A stretch of DNA of 64,000 bases from Candidatus Thorarchaeota archaeon (GTDB lineage Archaea > Asgardarchaeota > Thorarchaeia > Thorarchaeales > Thorarchaeaceae), in the NCBI GenBank assembly GCA_020348985.1, contig CP070761.1, positions 1,732,591-1,796,590 of the forward strand, in the 5' to 3' direction. This document shows, piece by piece, positions 29,204 through 37,434 of the stretch. The position numbers and the translations under genes are program-made. The notes under the pieces were generated by a model. The model saw only the letters and a list, made by a program, of their open reading frames with translations. It was not told where the DNA came from and did no database searches. How positions within the stretch are numbered: the first letter of the stretch is position 1; each line of letters starts with the position of its first letter.

Positions 29204-30450
29204 CACTTTCTGCCTCGGGTCTTCTTCCTTGTCCCTTTTCTCTGCTTTTGCTTCCTCTCCGGGTGGTGCTTGGGTTTCTTGGATGGCTTAGGTGGTGGTG
29301 CTTCGGGGTTCTGTCGTCTAATTTCTTCAACTCGTTTCTCAAAATCTCTCCTGAGACTCTCTCCTGCATCACGCTTTGAATACGCATCAATCCGTGATGC
29401 AATAGCTAGCTTGCCTGCAAGAGACCTAGCTATCTTCCCTCTTTGCCAATATGGAGCACTCCGGATGTCGGGTACTTGGTAGATAATCCCATGTTTCGGG
29501 GGGTCAGTGCCAGTCTTGATGCTACGGAATAGTGCCTTCTCAGCTCCAAAGACCTGTATCGTGCTAGATGGCTTCGCCGCAAGTTCTCCCAGTGAACCTG
29601 CCCTGCTAATGAGCCTCGCGCCAACAATCGGTCCTACTAGTGCTGTAACATTTGGTGCCACTTTTTCCATCAATGACGTGACATATTCCTCGAGGTCTTT
29701 TCTCAAGTTGTACTGTCGAACTACCTCCGCGGCAATAAGCTGTATCACTTCAAGGTCAGATTCGCTCAAGCTAGCACCGATGTCATCATCGAGCCCTTCT
29801 AGAATCGCTTTCGTAGTCGATTCCGGTACCCCGGCCTCAAGCAATCCGTCCTTGGTTAGTTCGGTCTTGTTAACATGGCTGCTCACAGTTCTGGCAAAGA
29901 TCTCGTGGTCAGCAATTAGCAGACTCAGAGTAGGATGATACAGAGTATACCACTCTCTTAGCCTCATCGAAACAAGATTGATTGCCTTGTCAATCTCGTC
30001 AATTGCATCAATTGCGTGTTTCACCAGCAGGTCCTTCTCCTCACTGGCCGTACTGATCTTCTGACCAGCCAATCGTAGAGCAACTGCGCGTCTGAAAGAC
30101 GAAATCTCCTCTCGAGTACCAATATCCCCTCGGCTAGCAAGTATCTCGTCCTGAGAGCTTCTAAACCACTTGATTGGTTGACAGTCACTCTCTATCCTTA
30201 TCGGATGGCCGATTAGTTCTGCAAGTGCTCGAGCCAAGGCTCTATCGTCAACTGCAACCTCATTCTCTGGAAAGATTGCCAAGGTTGATGCGATCTCTTT
30301 CAATTGATCGGTTGGAGTGCCATTGCTTATCGACATCATGTTTTCAGCGGCCAGTTCAACGTCAGGGAAAGTCAAGATCTCTCCTACCACGTTGCTCTCC
30401 GCATCTAAGACGAAAAGACCCATGATTGTATGGCAGAGATAGATTGGCAG
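29203..30450 (-). CDS. nop5: Nop5 (Nop56/58) box C/D RNP protein; probable CTG start
   Basis: RLREWY..H.P, APN, STIQVFGAEKALF, PPKHG, RGKIAR, basic tail. Confidence 0.95.
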   Translation of the reverse strand: MPIYLCHTIMGLFVLDAESNVVGEILTFPDVELAAENMMSISNGTPTDQLKEIASTLAIFPENEVAVDDRALARALAELIGHPIRIESDCQPIKWFRSSQDEILASRGDIGTREEISSFRRAVALRLAGQKISTASEEKDLLVKHAIDAIDEIDKAINLVSMRLREWYTLYHPTLSLLIADHEIFARTVSSHVNKTELTKDGLLEAGVPESTTKAILEGLDDDIGASLSESDLEVIQLIAAEVVRQYNLRKDLEEYVTSLMEKVAPNVTALVGPIVGARLISRAGSLGELAAKPSSTIQVFGAEKALFRSIKTGTDPPKHGIIYQVPDIRSAPYWQRGKIARSLAGKLAIASRIDAYSKRDAGESLRRDFEKRVEEIRRQNPEAPPPKPSKKPKHHPERKQKQRKGTRKKTRGRK

Positions 30451-30560
30451 GGTGCTTCACCACCGAAAGCCTCTCCGGATGACATTCGGATAAGTCTGTC
30501 CATCTCGCACGCCACTGAGCTTATTACGCCCAATATTGAAGATGGAGGCAAGGTGACGCT

Positions 30561-31430
30561 TTGGAAGTCCGCGGTTATTGGCTTGCATCCGGAATCTTGG
30601 GCGTCACTGGCGCAATAATGCGAAGAGTCAGTGAGGCCGGAGCCGACGTCATTGTAACAAAATCGATTGGGCTCGTTCCGAGAAAGGGAAATGAAGGGCC
30701 TATTCTAGCGGCTTCTCATGGGGGCCTGCTAAATGCAGTAGGACTTACTAATCCTGGTATTGATGGTTTTGCTGAAGAGCTAGCTGTACTGAAGTCAGCT
30801 GGCCTGCCGGTTGTACTCAGCATCTTTGGAAACACCCTGGAAGAGGTAAAAAAGGTCGCTAGCAAAGGATCTGAACTCAATCCTGACGGAATCGAATTGA
30901 ACCTTTCATGTCCTCACGTCGAGATAGGGCAGATAGCTCATGACCCCGAATTAACGTTCAAGTTTGTCAAGGAAGTAAAGGGAGTCGTTGATTGCCCAGT
31001 GTATGCGAAGCTAACACCTAACGCATCCGACTATGTTTCTGTAGGTCTGGCGGCTGAGAGGGCTGAGGCAGATGCTGTGGTCGCCATTAACACGTTGAGA
31101 GGAATGAAGATTGACATCGTTCAGAGGTGTCCGGTGCTCGGAAACAAGGTGGGAGGTTTATCGGGCCCACCTATCTTCCCAGTAGCTGTACGTTGCGTTT
31201 ATGATTTGTACAGAGCACTATCGATTCCTATAGTCGGCGTGGGTGGCGTGACATCATGGGAAGATGCAGTTGAGATGCATCTGGCAGGGGCAAGTGCCAT
31301 TCAGATAGGAACTGCAGTGCTGGATGGACTCGATATCTTCGGTAGGATCAAAGATGGTGTTCAGAAGTACCTTAGTGAACATGGATTCTCTTCAGCAGAT
31401 GAGATTGTAGGTCTGGCGGCGAGGAAATAG
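30561..31430 (+). CDS. pyrD: Dihydroorotate dehydrogenase 1B catalytic subunit
   Basis: LASG, NAVGL.NPG, ELNLSCP, KLTP, INT, GGLSG. Confidence 0.95.
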   Translation: MEVRGYWLASGILGVTGAIMRRVSEAGADVIVTKSIGLVPRKGNEGPILAASHGGLLNAVGLTNPGIDGFAEELAVLKSAGLPVVLSIFGNTLEEVKKVASKGSELNPDGIELNLSCPHVEIGQIAHDPELTFKFVKEVKGVVDCPVYAKLTPNASDYVSVGLAAERAEADAVVAINTLRGMKIDIVQRCPVLGNKVGGLSGPPIFPVAVRCVYDLYRALSIPIVGVGGVTSWEDAVEMHLAGASAIQIGTAVLDGLDIFGRIKDGVQKYLSEHGFSSADEIVGLAARK

Positions 31431-31432
31431 GC

Positions 31433-32251
31433 ATGGATGTTGAAACACTTCTGGGACGGCCAAAATCGGTGAAGATAGCCAGAGTCGTTACCGAGACCAA
31501 GAGGGCCAGAACAATCACGTTCAATCCACAAGTCAATCATCAGGAGATTAGATCTGGGCAGTTCCTAATGGTTTGGATTCCAGATGAAGATGAGATTCCA
31601 ATGAGTGTTTCATTGAGCAATTCATCCGAGATAGGAATCACCGTCTTGCCAGTTGGTACGGCGACAGAGGCCCTTGCGTCGATGAGCGTGGGTCAATATA
31701 TCGGGATAAGGGGGCCATTTGGGACACACTTCTCGACGGATGTAGAGAATGCATTGGTTGTGGGCGGTGGTATCGGCACAGCACCCCTCCGGTTGCTTGT
31801 CTATGATCTATTAGAATCTGGTTCTTCTGTCACCTTTCTGATTGCCGCGAGAACACGAGACGATCTCCTTTTCATCAAGGAGTTCAGCAAAGTTCCCAAA
31901 GTCAATCTACTGACTTCCACGGATGATGGGAGTCACGGTATGAAAGGATTGGCCACAGATTCAGTTTTGAAGATCCTTAAAGAAGCAACATTCGACAAAC
32001 TCTACACATGTGGACCCGAGCCGATGATGAAGGATTTACATACGATTTCTTCACAGCATGGCATTTTCATGGAAGCCTCTCTTGAACGATTCATGAAATG
32101 CGGCTGTGGAATCTGTGGAACATGTGCTCTCGATCCAACTGGAGACCTAGTGTGTGTGGAAGGCCCAGTTTTCACCAGCAAGATGCTAGATGCAATTGAG
32201 GAATTCGGGCATTACCACCGCGATTCCACTGGAGCCAGAACTGAGTTCTAG
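31433..32251 (+). CDS. pyrK: Dihydroorotate dehydrogenase electron transfer subunit
   Basis: RGPFG, GGGIG.AP, CGPEPM, CGCGICGTC. Confidence 0.93.
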   Translation: MDVETLLGRPKSVKIARVVTETKRARTITFNPQVNHQEIRSGQFLMVWIPDEDEIPMSVSLSNSSEIGITVLPVGTATEALASMSVGQYIGIRGPFGTHFSTDVENALVVGGGIGTAPLRLLVYDLLESGSSVTFLIAARTRDDLLFIKEFSKVPKVNLLTSTDDGSHGMKGLATDSVLKILKEATFDKLYTCGPEPMMKDLHTISSQHGIFMEASLERFMKCGCGICGTCALDPTGDLVCVEGPVFTSKMLDAIEEFGHYHRDSTGARTEF

Positions 32252-32290
32252 GATCAAAGAAAGAGACGAAAGCAAACCGGTTTTGGATAG

Positions 32291-32452
32291 CTACCTTCTA
32301 ACACCAACAACCTGGCCCTTAATGAACCTCTTAACGTAGTTTCTTTTGTTGCGTATGCGTGGAATTGGAGTGTGTCTCTCACGGCCCTGAACCTTTGGAG
32401 TCGACTCCCGAACCTTTCCAGCCTTTGTGAGCGAACCATGTGAACCAGGCAT
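32291..32452 (-). CDS. rps30e: 30S ribosomal protein S30e
   Basis: [14 protein letters not shown]. Confidence 0.95.
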   Translation of the reverse strand: MPGSHGSLTKAGKVRESTPKVQGRERHTPIPRIRNKRNYVKRFIKGQVVGVRR

Positions 32453-32598
32453 GTTTCTTCCCCGTTCGTTTCTATGCATCAAACCGAGATGTTCTCATAA
32501 AAAGATATCCAATCGACACATGGTTAGATCCGGCCAGTTACATCGCCAGCATTCAGACCACATGGTTTTAACCAGATTGATGCTGCGTTGCAGCAAGA

Positions 32599-34194
32599 AT
32601 GTCCGAGTCCGACTATGAATTCTACAGAGCGATTATCGATGCATTGCTTAGTTCGGAGAAGGTACTCACAAGACAAACAATCAACCAGATCAAGAATAAG
32701 ATCTGCTCGAAATTCAAGAAACAGGAAGTTCCTACAAATGCCGATGTTCTCCTGGCTGCAGTCCCCGAGGAACTGGAAATCCTTCGGCCGCTGATGAGAA
32801 AGAGACCTGTCAGAACTGTCTCTGGGGTTTCTGTAGTCGCGGTTATGACCGAACCTCATAAGTGCCCTCATGGTAAGTGTGCATACTGCCCAGGAGGTCC
32901 TGATGCTGGAGTGCCACAGAGCTATACAGGTCATGAACCTGCTACGATGAGGGGTCTTCAACACGAATTCGACCCCTTTCGTCAAGTTCAGGGGAGACTT
33001 GACCAGCTCCAGACTATTGGACACAGTGTAGAGAAGACAGAACTAATTGTGATGGGCGGTGACTGGTGCTCCAAACCAGCTGAATACCGCGAATGGTTCG
33101 TGAAGTCGTGTTTCGATGCAATGAACGGCGTTCCTAGTCCTAATCTTGAAGCTACAAAGCAAGCTAACGAGACGGCGAGTGTCAGAAATATCGGCCTTAC
33201 TTTCGAGACACGTCCCGATTGGGTGAGCAAGGATACCGTCGACGAGATGCTTAGAATGGGAGCCACACGTGTAGAGCTTGGTGTCCAGTCTCTTTCCGAT
33301 AGAATACTTGCGAATGTCCAAAGAGGACATGGTGTTGAGGCAACAATCAAGGCCACAAAGACACTTCGTGACAGCGGTCTGAAGGTATGTTATCATATGA
33401 TGCCAGGTCTTCCAGGCAGCTCGGTTGAAAACGATCTCAGTGAATTCTCAAAGCTGTTTCAGGACCCTAGATTCAGACCGGATATGCTCAAGCTCTACCC
33501 AACAATCGTCGTGAAGAATACTGAACTCTACGACTGGTGGGTTTCCGGGAAGTACAAGCCGTATGAGACCGATGTAGTTGTGGACTTGGCGGCCAAAGCT
33601 ATCAGTAGGATGCCCGAATATGTGCGTATTCAGAGGATGCAGAGAGACATCCCCCTGCATCAGATTGAGGCAGGTCTGAACAAAGGTAATCTAAGAGAAC
33701 TCGTCCATCGAAGAATGCTTCAGATGGGTCTTAGAAACCCCACCATTAGATACCGAGAGGTGGGTCACTTCCAGATGAGATCCGAGGAAGAGATTGACCC
33801 TGACAAGATACAAGCTGTTCGACGCGAGTACGATGCGGGAGATGGGACAGAGGTATTCCTTTCTTTTGAAGAGCCCGACTTGGATGTCATTTTCGGATTT
33901 CTGCGATTGCGAATTCCTAGCGAAGGTGCTCATAGACCTGAAATCACTGACAGGCCATGCGCTCTTATCAGAGAGCTGAGGGTCTATGGACCGGTAGTGG
34001 AAATTGGCGATCGCGACCCTGAAGGATGGCAGCATCGTGGCATGGGTGAAGAGATGATTTCAATGGCCGAGGACACTGGGAGAGATGAATTTGGGGCCCA
34101 GATGCTGCTTGTGAACAGCGGTCTCGGAGTAAAGGGGTATTATCGATCACTTGGATTCCGTGATGCTGGTCCATACCTTGAGAAAGAGCTTTAG
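32599..34194 (+). CDS. elp3: Elp3 tRNA U34 acetyltransferase (radical SAM + KAT)
   Basis: RTVSGV, CPHGKC.YCPGG, ETRPD, RELRVYG, QHRG.G. Confidence 0.96.
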   Translation: MSESDYEFYRAIIDALLSSEKVLTRQTINQIKNKICSKFKKQEVPTNADVLLAAVPEELEILRPLMRKRPVRTVSGVSVVAVMTEPHKCPHGKCAYCPGGPDAGVPQSYTGHEPATMRGLQHEFDPFRQVQGRLDQLQTIGHSVEKTELIVMGGDWCSKPAEYREWFVKSCFDAMNGVPSPNLEATKQANETASVRNIGLTFETRPDWVSKDTVDEMLRMGATRVELGVQSLSDRILANVQRGHGVEATIKATKTLRDSGLKVCYHMMPGLPGSSVENDLSEFSKLFQDPRFRPDMLKLYPTIVVKNTELYDWWVSGKYKPYETDVVVDLAAKAISRMPEYVRIQRMQRDIPLHQIEAGLNKGNLRELVHRRMLQMGLRNPTIRYREVGHFQMRSEEEIDPDKIQAVRREYDAGDGTEVFLSFEEPDLDVIFGFLRLRIPSEGAHRPEITDRPCALIRELRVYGPVVEIGDRDPEGWQHRGMGEEMISMAEDTGRDEFGAQMLLVNSGLGVKGYYRSLGFRDAGPYLEKEL

Positions 34195-34979
34195 AACACG
34201 TGTTCCAAGAACTCATCCAACACTCGATTGAACTCTCCGGGGTTCTCCAAGTTTGACGCATGTCCTGCATCAGGGATTAGCACTTTCTTCGAGTCTTCAA
34301 TAAGTTCAAACATCTTCTCTGCGTGAGGAAAGGCTGCCTTTCGTTCATTTTCTCCCAAGACTACCAGTGTGGGCACTTTAATCGTGGCAAGGTCTAGAAG
34401 ATCAAAACCATAGATTGCATCAATCAACTTGAGAAACTCCCCTTGGTCCATACGAAGTTGTTCCTGAATCAGGTATTCTCGCACGTCTTCCTTCATGTCA
34501 AAGTACCCAAATGACCACTTCGCGTAGTCTTCGGGGCTTTTTCGGCGTACATACCACTTCACAAGATTCGATGGAAACATCCATTTCTGGAGCTTGTCTG
34601 ACCATGTCAGAGCCGACGCAACTGCCGTGTCAGCCAGTACAAGTCCAGCGAGATTCGATTGGTATTTCACGGCGTACTCTTGACATACCATTCCTCCGAG
34701 AGACAGGCCACCTATGACTGGATGTTCTACTTCAAGGGCAGTCAGCAGAGCATGTAGGTCATCTGCAAAAAGCGCGCAGCTGTACTTCCTATCAGACCCG
34801 GTCGATTTGCCATGTCCTCTAAGATCATACGTGATGACACTGTATCGATTTGAGAAGTGCTTGACCTGAGGATGCCAATTATCGTGAGATCCCGCAGCTC
34901 CGTGAACGAATACGAGTGTACTTCCTTCCCCGGCAATTTCATAATAGGTTTTTATGTCGCCTGTCGCGATTAGAGGCAT
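34191..34979 (-). CDS. Alpha/beta hydrolase
   Basis: HG, DLRGHG, GLSLGG nucleophile elbow, AGH. Confidence 0.92.
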   Translation of the reverse strand: MPLIATGDIKTYYEIAGEGSTLVFVHGAAGSHDNWHPQVKHFSNRYSVITYDLRGHGKSTGSDRKYSCALFADDLHALLTALEVEHPVIGGLSLGGMVCQEYAVKYQSNLAGLVLADTAVASALTWSDKLQKWMFPSNLVKWYVRRKSPEDYAKWSFGYFDMKEDVREYLIQEQLRMDQGEFLKLIDAIYGFDLLDLATIKVPTLVVLGENERKAAFPHAEKMFELIEDSKKVLIPDAGHASNLENPGEFNRVLDEFLEHVF

Positions 34980-35027
34980 AGCTCAACTTGATGACTTCGA
35001 GGACAAAAAACCTCTGATAGAAAGAGG

Positions 35028-35046
35028 ATGGCGCCGAGGATGAGAT
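35028..35046 (-). repeat. Degenerate copy of the tRNA-Ser 3' end (att-like scar)
   Basis: 18/19 identical to 35824-35842. Confidence 0.7.
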
Positions 35047-35176
35047 TGGGCTTACATTGAGGCTTCATCTCTCACAGGATGCTTTTGATTAAGTTCAACT
35101 AGCTCGAAATGCAACTGGTCAACCGTGTTTCTCAAGCACACTAGCGCTCCCAGAACCAGTGGACTGAGGATGTCAC

Positions 35177-35719
35177 TTATGATTTTGGATTCTCACTCTG
35201 CCTGGTCAAACTAGGGTCTTCCTGTTCACCTGGAACTGGGGAACGGTATCCAAGCTTCTTGAGAGTTTCATATAGGAATTTGCTGGAGTCAATTGATTCT
35301 GATGTTCTCCAGCGCCCTGCTATCTTTGTTTGAATAGGTTCGATTTTCTCCCACCATGCCATGGCAATTACTGCCATTGCTTCAGGAATTAGTTCCGCAT
35401 CAGTAATTTTGACTTCTAGTAGCTTTCCCATAGAGTCAAAAAAGGAGCTAACATGGACGAACTTTGCCCAATCTTTCCGACTGGCTGTTGGCCCATATTT
35501 TGCCATGAACTGTTCATAGTTGCCCCAGCTCCACTCACCAACAACTTCGAACAAGCTCTCAAGGAACTCCTGGTCGGCCTGTTTATGAAAATCCAGGAAT
35601 ATAGATGCTCGTCTTGACTTTGCTAGGTTTCTAATAGAAAGGACACTCATGATAACTCCTACCACGACGCTCATTGCTGCTACAATTACCGAAATAGTCT
35701 GTAAGTCTAACTCCTGCAT
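35177..35719 (-). CDS. Membrane-anchored hypothetical protein (DUF4760-like)
   Basis: N-terminal TM, F..KYG, FF..MG.L, WEK..P. Confidence 0.7.
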   Translation of the reverse strand: MQELDLQTISVIVAAMSVVVGVIMSVLSIRNLAKSRRASIFLDFHKQADQEFLESLFEVVGEWSWGNYEQFMAKYGPTASRKDWAKFVHVSSFFDSMGKLLEVKITDAELIPEAMAVIAMAWWEKIEPIQTKIAGRWRTSESIDSSKFLYETLKKLGYRSPVPGEQEDPSLTRQSENPKS

Positions 35720-35824
35720 GAATGCCACCCGACATCTCTTGTGTAACCTGATGGGAAGAATCTCTCATATAAAAGACCTATCCGCATTTTCTGTGGCTGG
35801 GCATATCCTGGGGTAATGAGAAAA

Positions 35825-35974
35825 TGGCGCCGAGGGTGAGATGTGTTCAATCTCGTCGAATTGACGAAATTCTTGAACTCACGCGTCCATAGGACACTGG
35901 TTTGCTTGGTCATCAGCTTCGGAAGAAACTGGTATTCAAGACCAGCGCCTTAATCCGGGCTTGGCTACCTCGGC
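35825..35974 (-). tRNA. tRNA-Ser(TGA) with two introns: 37/38 (35903-35934) and 58/59 (35843-35872)
   Basis: GCCGAGG/CCTCGGC acceptor stem, G73, long variable arm, BHB central helices CUUG/CAAG and GUUC/GAAC. Confidence 0.92.
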
Positions 35975-36072
35975 ATGATTCTCCCCACCTTTGGGGACAT
36001 TCAGCAGTGAATCTTTGGGAACTCCTTTTAAGCTTCGTGTAGCGAATAGCTGGGAGACGGAGAGCATCAAGC

Positions 36073-36504
36073 TTGGATCGAGGGTTCAGATTCCACGAAC
36101 ATACGGCGGATATCATTGTCGAATGTTGGGCACCTACACTATCAGTTGCATTCGAGGAGGCCGCCCTTGCGACTCTGGAGGTCATTCTTGATACCAAGAC
36201 CGTCGATCCACTTAATCCGGTCAGCATAGAAGTCAATGGTATTGACCGGAAGGAACTACTAGTCGAGTGGATAGGTAGGATAATTGCCCTAATTGACATC
36301 AATCAGCAATTTTTCTCGAAGTTTGAGATAGAGCGACTAGAGGAAGTTACAGGATCGTATGTCCTGAATGGCACAGCTTGGGGTGAATCGATAGATCTTG
36401 ATAAGCATGACACAAAAACAGAGGTCAAGGCTATGACCTATGCAGACCTACGAATAATTGATGAAGAAGGCAGGGTTACGGTCTGGTTCACTTTGGACCT
36501 CTAG
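36073..36504 (+). CDS. Archease
   Basis: EHTAD, EVKAMTY, final DL. Confidence 0.93.
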   Translation: MDRGFRFHEHTADIIVECWAPTLSVAFEEAALATLEVILDTKTVDPLNPVSIEVNGIDRKELLVEWIGRIIALIDINQQFFSKFEIERLEEVTGSYVLNGTAWGESIDLDKHDTKTEVKAMTYADLRIIDEEGRVTVWFTLDL

Positions 36505-36518
36505 GATGTGTTGACGGA

Positions 36519-37376
36519 GTGAGCTTGAATGTTGCAATCCCGGATACTTCTCTTTCAGAGAGTGGTGATCTTCGTCAGAAGACAATCAAGGCTGGGAGAA
36601 TTGGCAGAGCTCTCGCGGTCTTTCGTGTAGAACATGCAGTTGTATATGACTCCGGTCTCTTGGACGATTCCATGTCTCAGGATGCGAATCTGCTGGTCAA
36701 GCTTCTCCGATATTTGGATACACCACAGTATCTACGCCGTCGAGCATTCTCACGTTCATCATCGCTGAAGTACGCCGGGCTACTCCCTCCTCTGAGAACA
36801 CAAAGCCATCCCCTAGCAGCACGAATTTCTGATCTCGCTGAAGGCGACATTAGATGGGGCATTCAGCTTCGACCGGGGAAGGTAGATCTGGGCCTGGACA
36901 AGCCGTTGAACTATGAGGGAAGAGTCAGCGAGAGGAATCCAACCCTCTTTGAAGTGACAAGCCCGCCTCCTAATGTTAAGCTCAATCAGATAGATCGAAG
37001 TGATGTTCCCCGATACTTTGGCTTTGAGGTGACGCGAGAAAGCAACTTGGTGAAGTGGCTAAAGGATATGGCAGGCACTACTAGAGTAGGCCTGTCCAGA
37101 AACGCTACAGAGTATGAGAAGCTCGAGAACGATCTCAAAACTACGGTTGAAGGAACCCTATCAGTTCTGGCAGTCTTTGGAGGTCCCGACCACGGTGTTC
37201 AGGAAGTAATCAAGTCAATGGGCGCATCGCCCTCCGAGTGCATCGACTTTTGGCTGAACGCTATACCGGGTCAGGGAACAGAGACTGTAAGGCTCGACGA
37301 GGCACTTCTAGTGAGTCTGGGCCTTCTCAATCATTCGCTAGGACGTTTCGTGGCAAAACCAGGGTTCTATGAATAG
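36519..37376 (+). CDS. SPOUT RNA methyltransferase (COG2106/C9orf114-like)
   Basis: R..AVFRV, TPQYLR, GLLPPL, FGGP..G, N.IPGQGTETVR. Confidence 0.88.
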   Translation: MSLNVAIPDTSLSESGDLRQKTIKAGRIGRALAVFRVEHAVVYDSGLLDDSMSQDANLLVKLLRYLDTPQYLRRRAFSRSSSLKYAGLLPPLRTQSHPLAARISDLAEGDIRWGIQLRPGKVDLGLDKPLNYEGRVSERNPTLFEVTSPPPNVKLNQIDRSDVPRYFGFEVTRESNLVKWLKDMAGTTRVGLSRNATEYEKLENDLKTTVEGTLSVLAVFGGPDHGVQEVIKSMGASPSECIDFWLNAIPGQGTETVRLDEALLVSLGLLNHSLGRFVAKPGFYE

Positions 37377-37434
37377 TCTCAACGAAAGCAAGAAAAGCAC
37401 AGAGAGGTGCAGAATTCAGAAGAAGGATTCAGCT

